Positions 1 through 13,072 of a stretch of DNA of 64,000 nucleotides are shown piece after piece. Position 1 is the first letter of the stretch; every line of letters starts with the position of its first letter. The stretch lies in assembly GCA_002104945.1 (NCBI GenBank), contig MCFH01000033.1, forward strand, positions 372,001 through 436,000, written 5' to 3'. This DNA comes from Piromyces finnis finn. Its lineage: Eukaryota > Fungi > Neocallimastigomycota. Made by a program: the position numbers and the translations under genes. Under the pieces are notes generated by a model, which saw only the letters and a list, made by a program, of their open reading frames with translations, was not told the DNA's origin and ran no database searches.

Positions 1-966
1 TTGACACGAATTGTGAAAACCTAAATATAAACCTCTCATTCCCGGAACTGATTCGTCAGCTTTCTTGAAAAAGTGTCTATAGTTTCGCAAAGTAACACGA
101 CAAGGATAATCTGTATTCGATCCAGAACCATTACCAGTTTCTTGGAAACATAAGAATAATGGTTTGAAAATAGCTGTGAAATAGCTAATACTATCTCTCT
201 TTTCATGATTCCACCCATTGGTGTTCCAACTAAGACAAAAAGAAAAGTTATCAGGCTTGTTGGATGAGGAAGAATCGTTGCTATTATTATTATTATTAAA
301 GTCATCGTTATTAATGGATGATGCATCAGAGGAATAAGTAGAACTATTACTAGATGGCTGTGAAACTGAAGAACTATCAACTATTGAACTGTTATCAGAG
401 TTGATAGAACTATTAGAATTAATTGTTGAATGTTGAGATTGAAATTGTGTTTGCTGTAGATCTGGAATATTTTCATGATGGGAAACTTGTTGAAGATCCT
501 GTTGAAGATCTTGTTGAAGATCGGATTGTTGATGAGATTGTTGAACTGATTGTTGAACTGATTGTTGAAATGATTGTTGAATAGAATGTTGATGTTTATT
601 AGAAACTAAAATTTTACGTTTGAGAGTGGAAAAAGTGTATTTGTGATTCCTTCTACTACGAGCTGAAAAGGAAATTGAGGTAACTGAAAGTTTCTTCTTT
701 AACATGTGTAAGATTTTAATACAATCTTTTGATGAACCATGAACCTTGACTAAGAAAAAGTGATCATTGAAAGTCTGAAAATATTTAACACTAATAACTG
801 AATTAAATTTATCTTCTAGAATAACCTCGAGTTTTTCCCATAGCATATTTACTGACCATGATCGAATACCACGGATAAAGAAGGAGCGAATATCATCTAA
901 GGGGATACCATAAGACCGGGTACCACGTCTGATATAATTCTTATCTTTAATATAAAGGACTGACAT
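1..966 (-). CDS. 5' part of the single ORF of an APE-RT non-LTR retrotransposon (LINE); runs off the left edge of the window
   Basis: 1-~905 is the reverse complement of ~17556-18459. I saw one silent difference, and the shadow ORFs 36..380(-) and 18080..18424(+) translate identically. The frame continues past the homology break to an ATG at 966 (MSVLYIKDKNYIRRGTRSYGIPLDDIRSFFIRGIRSW...). It is absent from the ORF track because no stop lies in the window. Confidence 0.92.
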   Translation of the reverse strand, partial: MSVLYIKDKNYIRRGTRSYGIPLDDIRSFFIRGIRSWSVNMLWEKLEVILEDKFNSVISVKYFQTFNDHFFLVKVHGSSKDCIKILHMLKKKLSVTSISFSARSRRNHKYTFSTLKRKILVSNKHQHSIQQSFQQSVQQSVQQSHQQSDLQQDLQQDLQQVSHHENIPDLQQTQFQSQHSTINSNSSINSDNSSIVDSSSVSQPSSNSSTYSSDASSINNDDFNNNNNSNDSSSSNKPDNFSFCLSWNTNGWNHEKRDSISYFTAIFKPLFLCFQETGNGSGSNTDYPCRVTLRNYRHFFKKADESVPGMRGLYLGFHNSCQ

Positions 967-1610
967 GATAATAAATTCTAATTAAAAAATATTGAATATA
1001 AAATAAATACTAATAAAAATTACAAATATAACGTATATGGAAAAAAATCTGTCTCTCTCTCTCTTCTTAAAAGTACTGGATAGTACAAAAATTGTTACGA
1101 TGCTTTGTTTAAAGTTTCTTATTTTTTGAATTCTAGTTGTAAATTTTCTTTAAAAATTCTAGTTTTGGTTTGTTGTTAGTAAATTCGATTCGCTTTTTGA
1201 CACTAAACTTGTTTGACTTACTTTTCATTAAATATTTAAATTGGTAAAAAATTTGAATCAAGAATGTCGACACCAGAAAGCTTGTGAATAGTATTTTTAC
1301 ATGATGTAGAGTGAATCAGTCTCTTACAAGAAACAATACAACAATAGCTACATGAATATAAAAGTACAATGCAAATGCTAAAGTTGACTACATTGGATTC
1401 TTACAAGAGAAGAGTAGTACTACATGAATACATGAATAAAAGAAAAAATACAGCAACAAAATGTATTACTCTTCTAATTAAATACTATACAAACTTACCT
1501 GAAAAATCAAACATTCACTTATTCATCAAATACTTAAATTTGATGAATAAAATGTTTTTTAATCGCTCAGTACCATGAGCTTAGTCCTAATAATTTTCCC
1601 TTGAAGACTA

Positions 1611-1857
1611 ACCAAGCATCCATTGCGCAATGCTTGGATTTAATTCTTTCTACTCTCTCAGTACCATGAGCATGAGTAGACCCCCTTGAGAAATTACATT
1701 TATTAAATAAATGAAGGCACATTCCTAAGAGGGCACCAAGCATCCATTGCGCAATACTTGGATTTAATTCTTTCTACTCTCTCAGTACCATGAGCATGAG
1801 TAGACCCCCTTGAGAAACTACATTTATTAAATAAATGAAGGCACGTTCCCAAGAGGG
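1611..1857. repeat. Two tandem 124-bp monomers rich in inverted repeats (plus a partial related hairpin at 1565-1610); possibly the LINE 5' UTR end
   Basis: Units start at 1611 and 1735 (accaagcatccattgcgcaat...aagaggg), with 4 differences over 123 bp. GC content is far above the flanking intergenic DNA, which resumes at ~1860. Confidence 0.9.
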
Positions 1858-2455
1858 ATTAATAACAATAAATTAAAAAAAAAGTTTTTTTTTTTTCGAT
1901 GTCTTATTTATGATGAATAAAGTAATATTCATTAAATAATATTTAATGAAAAACTACAAAACTACCCAAGATTACGAATTTTTTTAACCACCATTTTATT
2001 ATATTTAAGATATAAAATAAAAATAAACATTTAATTGAAATTTCATTCGTCTTCCCTTTTTTTTTTTTTTATATTTTTATACTAATTAAATAAAATTTTA
2101 TTTTCATATTTATTAATTATTTTTTTTTCTTTTTTCATTATTATATATATATATACTTTATTATTTTTTTATATTGTAAAGATTTGTATGTATTTATTAT
2201 TATTGATGATTTAATCAAAAATTTTTATAAGTAAAAAAAAATGTTGTAAATAAATATAAAAAAAAGAGGGTTTCAAAAATTTTAACAAAATTGAGTTGGG
2301 GGTTTTTTTTTTTTAAGTATTTTATAATAATAATAATAATAATGCTAATTTATATTGATGCCTATAACTATTGAATTATGTCATTGTAAAAAGAAAAAAT
2401 ATATAAAAAAATAAAAAACTACTCTGTTCCCATCATCATATTTCTTTTATTAAGT

Positions 2456-3694
2456 TTATTCCATAAAATCATTGGAAACAGTCGCATCACATTTGCCATA
2501 GTTTTCTTGACAACCATTATCTGGTAAACAATAGTATTCGGTAGTACCACAATATCCTTCCTTTGAACAACATTGTTCATTATTTGGACATCTACCATAA
2601 CCTTCACCACATTTACCAACACTGGATTCACTGTAACATTCACCAAATTCACTTTGACAACCATTACTTAATTTACAGAAATCAGCAGCGATACCACATA
2701 ATCCTTGCTTTGAACAACACCAACCGTTAGGACAGCTACCAATACCTTCACCACATTCTGGTTCAATTGGAATACCAGAAGTTTCTTCTTCATCTTGTTC
2801 GTAATAATCATCAACGATATCATTGACACAGAGACCATAGTCGGATTGACAACCTTGACTAGTGTTACAATAGGCTTCACTTGTTCCACAATAACCATTT
2901 CTGGAACAACAATGGTTTGGATTTGGACATCTACCAAAGTCATAACCACATTCACCATGTTCAGAGACACTATTGCATAAACCAAAGTTTTCTTGACAAC
3001 CTTTAGCAATGTCACAGTATTCACTATCCTTACCACAAAAACCATCACTGTTACAACATTCACCGTTAACACAACTACCAATACCAACACCACATTCTTT
3101 TTCATTAGTACCAGCAATATTAGCTGTATTTACAATTTCATAACAATCTCCAAAGGCAGGTTGACAACCCTTTGAAATTTCACAATAAGCTTCAGAGGTA
3201 CCGCAGTAACCGTACTTTGAACAACATTTACCTACTGGACAATCCTTCATTACATCAGAACCACATTCCCTGGAATCTTCTACTTCTTCTTCATAAACAT
3301 AAACAGTTTCGGTAATCCATTCAGTAACCCATTCAACATCTTCTTCTTCTACCATTTGTTCTTCTCCACAAAGACCATAGGCACTTTGACAACCGGTACC
3401 ACAATAGGCACTTGTTTCACCACAGTAACCTTTTTTGGAACAGCATTGATATGGTTTTGGACATCTACCATAATCCTTACCACATTTACCGTTAGAGGTA
3501 GAGGCGTAACAAGAACCGTATTCTTTTTGACAACCTAAAGTATTTTCACAATGGTCACTTGTAGTACCACAGTATCCATATTGTGAACAACATTGACCTT
3601 CTGGACAAGTTCCGATACCTTTACCACAATTTGGAGCAGCAAGGGTAGTTGTTAATAAGGAAAGTGCAATACTAAGAATAGTTGAAACTTTCAT
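2456..3694 (-). CDS. Secreted chitin-binding protein with seven hevein/CBM18 modules and no catalytic domain
   Basis: N-terminal hydrophobic signal (MKVSTILSIALSLLTTTLAA). Seven CG-x-C-x-CCSxxGyCG-x-C-x-GCQ-x-G-x-C modules with acidic linkers. Intronless 412 aa. Confidence 0.93.
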   Translation of the reverse strand: MKVSTILSIALSLLTTTLAAPNCGKGIGTCPEGQCCSQYGYCGTTSDHCENTLGCQKEYGSCYASTSNGKCGKDYGRCPKPYQCCSKKGYCGETSAYCGTGCQSAYGLCGEEQMVEEEDVEWVTEWITETVYVYEEEVEDSRECGSDVMKDCPVGKCCSKYGYCGTSEAYCEISKGCQPAFGDCYEIVNTANIAGTNEKECGVGIGSCVNGECCNSDGFCGKDSEYCDIAKGCQENFGLCNSVSEHGECGYDFGRCPNPNHCCSRNGYCGTSEAYCNTSQGCQSDYGLCVNDIVDDYYEQDEEETSGIPIEPECGEGIGSCPNGWCCSKQGLCGIAADFCKLSNGCQSEFGECYSESSVGKCGEGYGRCPNNEQCCSKEGYCGTTEYYCLPDNGCQENYGKCDATVSNDFME

Positions 3695-5346
3695 TTTTTT
3701 TTTATTTTTATTTTTTTAATAATAAAATGATTTTAATGATTTATTATACAAAAATTTTATATATATTCGATTTCTTATATCTATTAAAAAAGGTATTTAT
3801 TTTATTATTATTATCATTATTATTGTTGTTGGTATTATTTAAGAAAATTAAATAGTGGATTGATGATGATATATATTTTATTGATAGTGATGATTATTCA
3901 TTTAGTACAATAGAGTTGAAAAAAATAGTAATTTCAAATGAATCCAATTTTTATTGATTAAAAAAATATGGATGATGTTGGATTATTATTCATATTGAAA
4001 TAAATAAATTATATTTATACAATAAAAAAAAACGGTTTCAATTTAGTTTATTAATAAAGAGAGATAGAAATGAAAAAAAAAAAAAGAAATGTAATTTATT
4101 ATAATTATTGTTATACAGACAGTTATATATATTTATAAAAATATTAATTACCTTTATTTAATTTATTATTACACTTTTTTTTTTAAATATTTTGTGTATT
4201 AGTGTTTAATAAAGGGAAAAAAATAGTAAATGATAATGGGAGGAAATATTAACTATACAACAACAAAATAAAAAAAAATAACAAGAAAAGAAAAAAGATT
4301 TTAAGAAATAAAAAAAAATAGTTAAATTTAATTATTTATATATAATATTTTTTAAACTTTTCAAACTTTTTCTAATAAATAAATAATCCATTTTTTCTTT
4401 TATTATACTATTTTATATTTTATTGTCATTATCATCCTTTATATTTAATTATTCTATTATTTTAAAAAAAGTTTATTATTTTTAATTTTCGTTTCGTAGC
4501 AAAACGTTTTTAAAAATTAAAAACTTTAAAGTTTTTTTTTTTTTTTTTTTAAATGAAAACTATTTCTTATGGTAATTAAATTTTAAAATATAAATAAAAT
4601 AAAAAATAATAATAAAAAAAAACTTTTTTCTTTTAATTGTGAAAAACTTTATAGATAAAAAACATAATTCAATTTTTTTTTTTTTTAAAAAAAAAAAGTT
4701 TTTTATTTTTAAAAATGAAAATTTTGGTAAGGAATTATATTATGCAATAGAACTATTATGCCTATTTATTGAGTTGAATAAGAAAAAAAAAAAAAAAGTT
4801 TATACACTAGTATTTTTTAAAAGATTTTTTATATAGTTTCAATATACGTTTCCCTTTTAGACTTGTGATAGAAAAAAAAATAGATTATTTATTATATATA
4901 GTATAAATGAGCAACATAAAAGATACATATCATTAATTATTTTATAATAAATATAATTAAATATAAGGTGATGATTAATATAAACATAATTTATTTTACG
5001 GCTATTTTTTTTTTTTTTTTAAACATTATAATGAAAAAAAAATAAAATAAAATTAAAATGCATTACGCAGCTTATTTTTCTTTATTCGTTTTAATTATTT
5101 AAACATTAAATTATTATTAATGTTCAAAAACATTAAATTTTTAAGGATGATGACTTGATAAAACTTTTTTTTTTTTTATTTTAATTGCAGTTAATATTTT
5201 AAAACTTTCCTAATTCGTATTAGATTCCTTTAAAAAATGTAAAATGAAGTGATTATATATAATTTAAAAGTATATGTAGATGTAGTAAAATTTGAATGAT
5301 GATCTATTTACTTTTTTTTTTTATATAATAAAAAAGTAAAATATTA

Positions 5347-5348
<2 letters not shown>

Positions 5349-5417
<69 letters not shown>
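5349..5417. repeat. (AAT)n microsatellite
   Basis: About 23 pure AAT units read directly. Confidence 0.95.
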
Positions 5418-5418
<1 letters not shown>

Positions 5419-6023
5419 AAGATTAATTAATTGAATAATAAAATTAATGAAAATGAAATAAAATTAAAGGTATAAAAACTTTAAAATTATTAATTAGAAA
5501 AGTTTTTATTTTATTTTATTTTTAAAAAGATAATTTAAACATTTTATAGTTTATGCATTATAAACAGAAAAATAAAAAAGTTTAGAAAAAATCTTTTTGT
5601 AAAGAAGTGATGGAAGTAGAGCAAAAATTCTTTACATGATTATTATGATTATTAAATTGAATAAATCATTTTAATTGCTTTTTTTTATTTATTTATTTGT
5701 TATGAAATGAGACACTAAGAATGATTATATTATTATTATTATTATTATTTAATAATTATCAAAGTACTTTTTATAGTTTAATTTTTTTTTTGCCCTAGGA
5801 TATTTTATAAAAATTTAAATTTATATGTTTATTTAAAATATAAAAAAAAATTGTTTTTTTTTTTTGTATGCCGTTTTTTTTTACTACAAACCTTGACTAT
5901 CGGCTAGGTAACTTTAATTTTAAATAATATAATAATTATTTATGAATTTTAAATTTATTTAAATATATATATATATTTAAAAAAAAAAAAAAAAAAAAAA
6001 AAAACAATCCTTTAACTAAAAAG

Positions 6024-6061
<38 letters not shown>

Positions 6062-7751
6062 ATAAAAGAAATAAAAAGATAATGAATATTTTATTCAATA
6101 CATAAATAAAATAAATATTACTTTAAATATAAAAAAAGGAAAATGAATAGGTTAAAAAAAATAAAACTTTTATAAAAAAAAATATACTAATATTTTGAGA
6201 TTTAAATTTAATCCGTTTTATTAAAGTTTTATAATTTTGTTTTTACGATGAATATATAAAAATATTTTTCTTTCATTCTATCTTTTCATAAAACTTATTT
6301 AGCAATTTTTTTAGCTATTTTAAAATTTATTTATTAATGAAAATGAATGATTATTTCCTTTATTATTAGTTTCATTATTTTAATTTTTATATTATAATAT
6401 AAAGATAATTTTTTAGCCCTATTATAATAAATATTTATATTTTATTTATTATTTATTTTTTCTTTATTACTTTATGATTAGTTTTTTTCTTTTTAAAAAA
6501 AAAAAAAAAAGAAATATTAACTATTTATATTCATCCAGATAATATATTAGCAAGGTTATCATCAGTATTTATTATTTTTGGATTATTTCTTTGTAATGGA
6601 AATAAACATAAAAGTAAAACAATGGTTGATATTACAAAAAAAAAAAAAAAAAAAAAGATTGAAAAATTTTTTAATTTTATTTTTTTCTAATATAGTATTC
6701 ATCTATAGAGCTAAACTATTCAATGGATCATTCCTAGCAATATTGAAAAAACTTGATAGCATTTTAAAATACTAAAACATTAAAATAGAATAATAATAAT
6801 CATCGCCATCATTTATTAAATCAATAATAATGCAATTATTTATTAAAAAATAATTCTTTTTAAAACTTTTATTCTTTTAAATTATTAACAATAATATATA
6901 TAATATTTATGAATATAATAGGAATACAATTTACAAAAACAAAAGAAATAGTTTTCTTTTAAATAAACTTACCATAATTAATTAATAATTAAAAAAAAAA
7001 AAAAAAAAAAAAGATTTCCCGAGTTTTGAATAATATATTAATATTATTATAATTATCTTTATCGTCTTCCAAATACTATTATTTCACCAAACTTTCCAAG
7101 TTATAACAATGTTTGAAGGAGAACAAATAAAATTTACAAATAAAAAAAAAAATATATGAACATTATTAAAAAACATCTCCAGTTTGAAACAAAATACATA
7201 TAGCATGACTTTTTCTTTTCAATATATTCAAATATATATATATATTTATTTTATTCATATAAAAAAAGTAATCTCTTTTTTTATAATTCAATATCTATAA
7301 TTTTTATTATAACAGTTAGTATAAAGAACACTTTATGATTTCTAGTATTTTATTCTACACAATAAATATAACACCATTTAATATACAATCAAAACTGTTT
7401 TCTTTCATGCAAATTTTCTAATGGCTTAATGCATAGTAAAAAAGGGAAATATTTTTATTATTTAAATATAAATTGTTCATGGGTTTTTTTTTTTTATAAT
7501 GCATGAATGAACCTTTTTAAAAAGTTTTTCAGTAGAAATGATTCATTTTTTTTCATTTAATCTTTTTTCCTTTTTTGAAAAATTAATTTTAATTTTCTGT
7601 TTTTAATAATAAAAAATTTAATTAATAAAAAAATTTAATTTATTATTCTGCTCATTCATTGGTTGATTTCTAATTATGGAAATTTATAATAAAATTGTTT
7701 TTGGAAAATATTTTAAAAAATCTTTTTTTTTTTCCTTTTTTAAAAAGAACC

Positions 7752-7755
<4 letters not shown>

Positions 7756-7831
<76 letters not shown>
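7756..7831. repeat. (ATT)n microsatellite
   Basis: About 25 pure ATT units read directly. Confidence 0.95.
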
Positions 7832-7834
<3 letters not shown>

Positions 7835-10800
7835 TTTTTTTATTTTACTATAAAAGTCTGTTTTTATAAAGGTATTTTTTATTTTTAGTACTATTTTTTG
7901 TTATTATTTAAATATTTTTCTCTCGTTTAGGTGCTGTTAAAATTATTAAAGTTGAAAATCATAAAGTATAAATTTTTATTTTTAATTTTAATTATTCCTA
8001 TTTTATCCAATATTTTTCTTTATTTTTATGGTGATTAAGAGTGGCTATGAATATTAAAATTTTAATAAACTTTTGAAATATAGAAAAAAAAAAACAATAT
8101 AATAAAATGTAGATTATCTAAATGAAATAATGAGAGTGGATAATAAGTAAATAACAAGTAAATAATAAGAGATAACAACAACAGCAGCAGCAGCAGCAAC
8201 AACAATACTAATTATAATGATTCAATAATCAACATAATCAACATATATTAGATACAATAGACATTAAATTAATAATAATAATAATAATCAATAAATAAAT
8301 GTATAGTTAAATAGATAAGTATAATGAAATAAATAGTAATGATATATAAAATAGCCAACAGATTACATTATGATTTCATTAATTATGGTTGTGAAAATGA
8401 TGTCACTTTTTTTCATTTAAAAGTGACACATCATTAATTTTTTTTTTATTTATTTATCCTAATATAAAAATATAAAATATATAAAAATAAATTAATTAAA
8501 AAAAAAACTACATTCATTCTACTTTAAAAAGTTTTAACCTTTTTTTTTATATGATGATAGGCAATTTAGACTATACATAACAATTAATTATTAAAAACAA
8601 ACTGGAGAAATATACTTTTTAACTCTTATATATTAATAATATAAGAATAGAATCATAGGAATTATAATATCTATTTTAAAGATTTTATTATCATCATGAT
8701 CATTATGATGATTGTAGTGGTAGTGATGTAGTAATTTTATTAAAATAGATTAGTTATAACTTTGGCATTCATCGAATGAAATTTAAGGTTTTATAAAAAG
8801 CATTAAACTTATTTCTTTTTTTTTTTTTTCATAAAATAAAAAAAAAAAGTCAATAAACTTTAATTAAAAAGAAATGAAATTTTACATTAGTAATGTCCTG
8901 TTTGTATATAATACTATGTAACAATTATTGTCATAATGAAAAAAAAGAAATAATAATTTTTAAAAATTTTTAAAAAACATACAATTTAAATTGTTTCTTA
9001 AAATGATATAAAAAGGAATATCTTTTTTAAAATACTCATTCCTCATTAGTAAAATAATTAAAAGTAGTTTTTTTTAGTTTCATTTTGTTATTTCAGTAAT
9101 AAACTTTAAAAAAGAAAACGTCTTTTACTTTTTTATCTTTTCCTTTTTCTTTTTCTAGGTCCTTTTAATTTACGCATTTAGGTTTAATTTAGAGCTTTTT
9201 TTTTTAATTAGACTAAATATAGAATATTCTCTTGTAATATATTTTTTAATATATTTAAAGGTAGTACAAAATCAACAAAATACAAAAAAGGGAAAAAAAT
9301 TGTATTTTTTATATTAAATGTATACATTAAACAAATAATGTAATATAATGTATAAAGAATCACATATTTGGTCCATTGAAATAATAAAAGATACCTAAAA
9401 AATACCTAAATATACCTAAATATATATATGTATATAATGGCTTAAACTACCAACAAATTGTTTTTTCTTATATAAATGATTACCATAAAATTTACTATTG
9501 AATTTTTTTAAAAAGAAAACTATTATTATAATATATTCAACTTTAATACACAAAATGTATTTTTCATTTTAATCTTTTTCCGTTTCTTAATTTCTATAAT
9601 AGAAAATAGAAATGACAGGTAGTCATCTAAACCTATACAATTCCATATTATAAAATATTTATAATTACTTTGATGCTTTCTATTAAAAAAAAAAACACTC
9701 AAAAAATAATCATAATATATTATCTATTTTTATTTAAAATATAATAATAAATACATAAATATTTGATACATACAAATGCATTTATATATAATATTTATAA
9801 AATATTCTTTTTTGTTATAATATTCATTTTATACTGATCCTTTCATAATATTTATAAAATATTCTTTTTTGTAATATTCATTTTATATTGTATATTCTAT
9901 TGAAAAAAAAAATCATTTTCCATTTAATATCATAATACTATAAAAAAGAATTTAAGCTCATTTAATTTATTTATATTATTTTTAGAAAATGTTTATTGGG
10001 AGGGTGGCCATGATACTGCTACTTAAATAAGGAATTGATGAAATAAATTAAAAAGAAAAAAAAATAAAAAATTAATTAAGAAACAAAAAAATTCATTTAC
10101 CAGTCAATCCTTCGATAATACTAATGAGATTCTATAAAGAATCATGGATGACTTTAATTTAAGAATTGAACACTATCAAAAATGATTTTTTTTTTTTTGT
10201 TTTAATAAATAAAAAAATCCAAAGGGAATCCTTTACTAGTATTAAAATAATTTGAAAGAAAGCTTTTAGTCTTCGATAACCAATATAACCAAGACAAAGT
10301 CATCGTTTTCTTTATACAAATTTTTATAATTTCAAGTAAAGGCCTTTTTATCTAATGAAGAAGGAAACTTCGTTTCATGAAGTCATGGTAAGTTTTGAAA
10401 ATTAATTAAACCAAATTTGTTCATTTTTATTTAATTATAATATATTATCTTATTATTATATCATATATTATTAATACTAATTATAATATATTATTATTAA
10501 CTCTATTTTTTTAAATTAAAATATATTTTTAGATTAAATTTATATATATATAGTATAAATAAAGGACGAACAGAATTTCTCAATAATATATCCAACAAAA
10601 AGATATTCAAAAAATAATAATAAATAAAGTTCATTATTATAGAAATTAATTTAAAATAAAATAATAAATGTCATATTACAATATAATATAATAAATTACT
10701 AAATATATAAAATATAATTATTATTGAATTAAAATTTATATTAAGAAATAAAAATGGAGAAAATTCAAAAATTTATTTAAATTTTAATACTAAAGAAATT

Positions 10801-13072
10801 AACTTTTTTTAAAAATTCAGTTTTTTTTTTTTTTGAAAATGAAAAAGACATCATTATCATCACCTTTAAAAAGTATAATTTATAAATAAAAGAAAGAAAG
10901 AAAGAAAAGCAAATGTGCATTAATGAATTATTAATTATGAAATGAAAGGATTAATCATTGAAACTAATTGAAATTCAAAGATTTTGGAATGAAGTTGTAT
11001 AAAGAATTAATATTAAAAAAAAAAAAAGAGTTGATTCTTTATTTAAACCTTTGTCATTTCATGATGGATATAATTATTTTAATTTTTACTTTTTCTAAAT
11101 ATAAAAGAAATTTATTTTTATTTGTGAAATCTCAAATTTTATAATTATATAGATGAGAATTAAGATGAATGGTAAGAAATAATTAAGAAGCTAGTCTTTT
11201 TTTTTTTTTTAAGATTCTTTATGTCAATTTTAAATATAATATATAATGTATAAATGCACATTACTATTTTTAATATAATAGTATTATATAATACCTATTA
11301 TATTTTTGATTATCCGAATATCGGAATACTATGGCATGTAAATGAGTCTTTTATATTAATAAAGTACTATTTTTGAATTTTTATTGACCTTTTGATAGCT
11401 TTTTCAATAAATGTAATATAATAAACGTAAAATAAATGTATTATATTTTAATTATAATTACTTTCTTTTGTTATTATTATCATTATAGTTTCATGACATT
11501 TTTATTTTCTAATAAAAATGCAAATTCTTTTTACCATTGTTTCCAAATATTTTTTTATTCTCTTTATTTAGTAAGAATGAAATAAAAAGATATACCATTA
11601 TTATTAATCCTATTCATCTTTATGGCCATTTAAATAATCGTGTATGCCTAGTTAAATAAAGGTTGATATAAAATTAATTTTAATAGTAAATTCATTGATA
11701 TCATTTAATACTAATACTATTAATATTAATAGTATATTCAGTCGTTGGCAACAACAACACTTAATTTGAGTTTTCCTTGTATTCTTCTACATTAATGTAA
11801 TGTAATATTTAAATTTCCTTGTATTTTTTTACATTAATGTAATGTAATAAACTATATATTAATGATTTACTTTTATAAATTAATTAATTCATAGTTGTAT
11901 TATATTAAATATAAATGTATTATATTTAATATAATACAACTTTGAATATAATTTTTGTATATTATAACATATATAAATATGATTCAATATATATTGGTCA
12001 ATGGAAATATTTATATTAATTCATTAATTGAATTATATTTAAAAATAGATATAAGAAATAATGAATTGAGGCAATAAAGTAGTATATAATTTAATTATAT
12101 AATAAAGTGTATTTTAATATATATAAAACTATAATAATAAATAAATTCTATATTCTATTTATGAAGAAGGCATTTCTTTTTTTTTTTTTTCTTACTACAC
12201 CTTATAAAATGAAATATATTATAAAATAAACTTGTGATTATAAATATTTATATTATAATATATATTGTAATGTAATGGTATAATACAAAATAATATTATA
12301 GCATTTAATTCCATTTTTTTTACCTCAGAAAAAGTGGGTGGTTATGATTCATACAAAAAAAGTGATGATTTCTTTATTCCTATCAATAGATTAATTCCTC
12401 TTTTTTCATTTCTATTCAACAAGTATTTCTTCTTGTTGTTTATGTTTAGATGGTTCATTTCCTACATTTCTTCTTAATACCTCTTTTTTTTATTATTATA
12501 AATATACTTTTTTTTTTTTGTATTAATAGAATTTAATTAATTAATCTTTATCCATACTTCAAATTAAATTTGCATTATTTAAAAAAAAAAAAAAGAAATT
12601 CCTTTAATTTACATATATTATAATATATTTATAATATATTGGGTGATATATGTTAATTAAAAAGATTTCATTATGAAAAAGTTCATTATTAAATGAAGAA
12701 TATGATTAATTATTATTTAATTATTTAATTATAAAACAACTTTTTTTAGATAGTATACATTATACATTAGTATTACATAGTAATCCATGTCAATATAAAA
12801 AAAGTATATAAATAAAAGAATATTTCCTTTAATAATTTTTTTTTAAAAGTAATATCCACCCTATTTCTTTTTAATACTAAAATATAGATATAACTACTGA
12901 ATAATAACGAATAAATATTAGTAATAATATTTATTAATAAAAAAATTATTATATTAAAAAGAAAATAAAAAAAAAAAAAACAGAAATATTAAAAAGAAAC
13001 AATAAAAACTAGTTAAATATTTAAGAAAGAATAAAATAAAAAAAAAAAAGAAAAAGGAATAACCTTTAAAAA

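Noticed and set aside
1369-1578. 69-aa ORF
   Set aside because: No recognisable motif. It lies antisense within the putative LINE 5' region.
2419-3538. Short overlapping ORFs in the CBM18 gene (and similar ones in the deacetylase, LINE, cyclin and CAF-1 genes)
   Set aside because: Alternative-frame or antisense shadows of repetitive, codon-biased real CDSs.
4639-7888. Small F/I/K/L-rich ORFs in intergenic DNA (also 33414, 36394-37571, 39204, 41147, 49184, 62310, 63297)
   Set aside because: Translations of homopolymer and microsatellite tracts with no domain signal or coding-like composition.
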